A stretch of DNA of 64,000 nt from a virus (lineage: Duplodnaviria > Caudoviricetes), in IMG/VR virus record IMGVR_UViG_3300035491_000281. One strand, 5' to 3'. Under the pieces are notes generated by a model, which saw nothing but the letters and a program-made list of their open reading frames with translations, made no database searches and was not told the DNA's origin. The number at the start of each line of letters is the position of its first letter. The first letter of the stretch is position 1. Below, in pieces: positions 61,738 to 64,000 of the stretch. Made by a program: the position numbers and the translations under genes.

Positions 61738-64000
61738 ATGGCTGTTCGTGATACGAAATCCCAGTTTCCTAAACTGGCCTATACCCGCAATACCCCGGAC
61801 AACGTCAGGGCAGTTATGTCCAAGCTGGTGACCGAACCGGGTAAAGGCAACGCCGGACGCCGTGGCGATCAAAAGCAGGTGCGTGTGTCGCGGGATATGT
61901 TCGAGCGTCTGTCTCGGCAGACCGCCCAGGACAGCATCGACGCCTCCTCGGTTTTCCAACTGCTACCGGACACAGAGTTGGCCGAGCAGATTCTGGTGGG
62001 TAGCATTCTCTCCCCGAAAGACATGTCCACGGTGGACCTGAACTTCACGGTGGCCAATCCGGAATTCGACAGCGAAATCTCCCGCCCTATGCTGGCGGTG
62101 TTCGAGCAGCATTTCAAGCACGACTATAAAATAGACGACCGCCTGGACCTTCAGCTCGAAGAAATCCTGTTTACCAAGGGTGCACACATCCTGGCGGTCC
62201 TGCCGGAAAACAATCTCGACGTTATTATCAACGGCAATACCAGCCGTAAACTGTCGATGGAGCATTTCCACCAGGCGGTGGGTCGGATTCGTGACGGGCG
62301 TCCGATGGGGTTGTTGGGGCACCCGCGTCAGGCGCAAGTGTCGATGGAAACCTTCCGCGACCGCACCGGTACCGCAGATAAGATCCAAGTGGCCCTGAAG
62401 GGCGGTAAGGGCAGTCCGTTTGAGATGCCGGGCATCCAAGTGACCGACAACTTCGACGTCCTGAAAACTCCCGCGATTTACCGCCGGGCGCGGGAACGCT
62501 CAATCGCTGACAAACTCAATCGTCACAACGTGTCGATGGAGGCCGCTACGCAGGGGCTAACCCCCGAGCAGATCGACCAGCTCTACCAACCCCGCGGACA
62601 GGGCGGTCAGCCCACTCAGGTGGTGACCTCTCAGACATACATGGATCGACCCACCGTAGGTCACCCACTGGTGTTGAAGCTACCGATTGAATCTGTGATC
62701 CCGGTGCACGTTCCGGGTCAGCCGGACGAGCACATTGGTTACTTCGTGATGATCGACCGTAACGGCCGCCCGGTGGTGCGCGACGAAGATCGCGACTACT
62801 ACGGTGAGCTGCGCAGCAACTTCACCAGTAACAGCAAGGACAGCTCGTCGGAGCTGGTACGGCGTACCAAGGAAGCCATGGGGGCGGCGCAACAGGAGAA
62901 CGGGCTGGAGTTCGACCAAATCCACGAGGCCTACTCGACCATCATCGAGAATGACCTGCTCAATCGTCTGCGCAACGGCATCTACGGTGAAGATTTCGAG
63001 CTGGGCTTTACCGAGGACGTTTACCGGATCATGTTGTATCGCTCACTGAAAGCGCAGCAGACCCAACTGCTGTACATTCCGGTAGAGCTGGTGACGTACA
63101 TGGCCTTCTCCTACAACGGTAACGGGATCGGCACTACCCTACTGACGCAGTCGAAGATCCTGGCTTCCATGCGCAGCGTCTTGTTGTTTGCCGACACCAT
63201 GGCCGGGGTGCGTAACGCGATTGGTCGTAAACGCGCCAGCATCAGTGTGGACGGTGACGACCAGGACCCGGAGAAGACCATCTCGGACATCCAGACCGCA
63301 ATTCTGGAAGGGGCGCACCGCGGCTTTCCGTTGGGCTCACCTGACCCAGGCATGACGCTGGATTACCTCAACCGGGCGGGGTTTGATTTCAGCATTAACG
63401 TTGAGTCGGACCATTACCCCAACACCAAGGTGGAGTTTGACGACCACACCTCGAACTCGCAGGCAGGCAACCCCGAACTGCAAGATCGACTGCGCCGCAT
63501 GCACATCTCGGGCATGGGGATTAATCCGGAACTGGTTGACCCGACCAGCAGCCCAGATTTCGCGGTGAGTGTGGTCAACAACAACCTGATGATGACCCGG
63601 CGGGTGATGCGCTATCAGAAGCTGTTTACGGCCTTCCAGACCAAGTTCGTACAGACCTACGCGCGTCACTCTTCGATCCTGCGTGAACGACTGTTGGCGG
63701 TGGTAGTGGAGCAGAAGAAACTGCTTTCGCCGGAGCAGCGGAAGAAGGAACCGGTGGAAATTGTCGATGAATTTATCGATGCCATCGAGACCATCCTGCC
63801 GGCTCCTGACACCACCCGCATCGAACAACAGGCCCAGGCCTTCCAGAATTACAGCAGTCTGCTGGATCAAGCGTTGGACGCCTATATCACGGCGGATCTG
63901 TTCCCGGCTGAGATCCTGGCCCGCGACAGCTCGATCGTCGATCACACGATCGCGGTGATCAAGGCTTACTACCTGCGTCTGTGGCTCAACCGCAACAATG
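61738..64000 (+). CDS. Portal protein, 3'-truncated by the window end (phiKZ gp129-like; not in ORF track)
   Basis: AAGGAGG SD, ATG 61738; translates MAVRDTKSQFPKL...QLLPDTELAEQILVGSILSPKDM; synteny. Confidence 0.8.
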   Translation, partial: MAVRDTKSQFPKLAYTRNTPDNVRAVMSKLVTEPGKGNAGRRGDQKQVRVSRDMFERLSRQTAQDSIDASSVFQLLPDTELAEQILVGSILSPKDMSTVDLNFTVANPEFDSEISRPMLAVFEQHFKHDYKIDDRLDLQLEEILFTKGAHILAVLPENNLDVIINGNTSRKLSMEHFHQAVGRIRDGRPMGLLGHPRQAQVSMETFRDRTGTADKIQVALKGGKGSPFEMPGIQVTDNFDVLKTPAIYRRARERSIADKLNRHNVSMEAATQGLTPEQIDQLYQPRGQGGQPTQVVTSQTYMDRPTVGHPLVLKLPIESVIPVHVPGQPDEHIGYFVMIDRNGRPVVRDEDRDYYGELRSNFTSNSKDSSSELVRRTKEAMGAAQQENGLEFDQIHEAYSTIIENDLLNRLRNGIYGEDFELGFTEDVYRIMLYRSLKAQQTQLLYIPVELVTYMAFSYNGNGIGTTLLTQSKILASMRSVLLFADTMAGVRNAIGRKRASISVDGDDQDPEKTISDIQTAILEGAHRGFPLGSPDPGMTLDYLNRAGFDFSINVESDHYPNTKVEFDDHTSNSQAGNPELQDRLRRMHISGMGINPELVDPTSSPDFAVSVVNNNLMMTRRVMRYQKLFTAFQTKFVQTYARHSSILRERLLAVVVEQKKLLSPEQRKKEPVEIVDEFIDAIETILPAPDTTRIEQQAQAFQNYSSLLDQALDAYITADLFPAEILARDSSIVDHTIAVIKAYYLRLWLNRNN

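Noticed and set aside
1-64000. tRNA/rRNA genes and inteins in RNAP, helicase, polymerase or DnaB
   Set aside because: No T-loop/cloverleaf or rRNA signature spotted by eye; core proteins are of expected length without C...HN intein blocks; a formal tRNAscan run would be needed to exclude tRNAs fully

Overview
A 64-kb segment of a phiKZ-like (Chimalliviridae-type, nucleus-forming) jumbo phage genome with high GC (roughly 60% by eye). Gene order matches the phiKZ block from about gp69 to gp129 (numbering recalled from the literature, not from a search). The block contains: non-virion RNA polymerase subunits (beta C-half split by an ORF-less group I intron at 2531-2894, beta' C-half, beta N-half), an SF2 helicase, the virion RNAP beta' C-half, the exonuclease-containing subunit of the split family-B DNA polymerase, baseplate and internal-head/ejection proteins, DnaB, the major capsid protein and the 5' part of the portal gene. 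An accessory early region (about 40.3-46.9 kb) holds phage early-promoter repeats, many small membrane peptides, a DarG-like macrodomain, an Ntn-hydrolase-like protein, a bL12-CTD-like protein and a free-standing HNH nuclease. The most striking observation is a dnaX-type -1 frameshift signal (GAGG, 10 nt, A AAA AAG, hairpin) at the 3' end of the DNA polymerase subunit gene. It would fuse to the polymerase a downstream NADAR-like domain whose N-terminal part has no in-frame start codon, suggesting replisome-coupled removal of DNA ADP-ribosylation. A family of about 10 ACGGCATA-hairpin-TATGCYGT palindromes and two Mtd_N-capped paralogues sharing a 3' DNA cassette are also notable. All protein family calls come from motif recognition by eye; no database searches were run.
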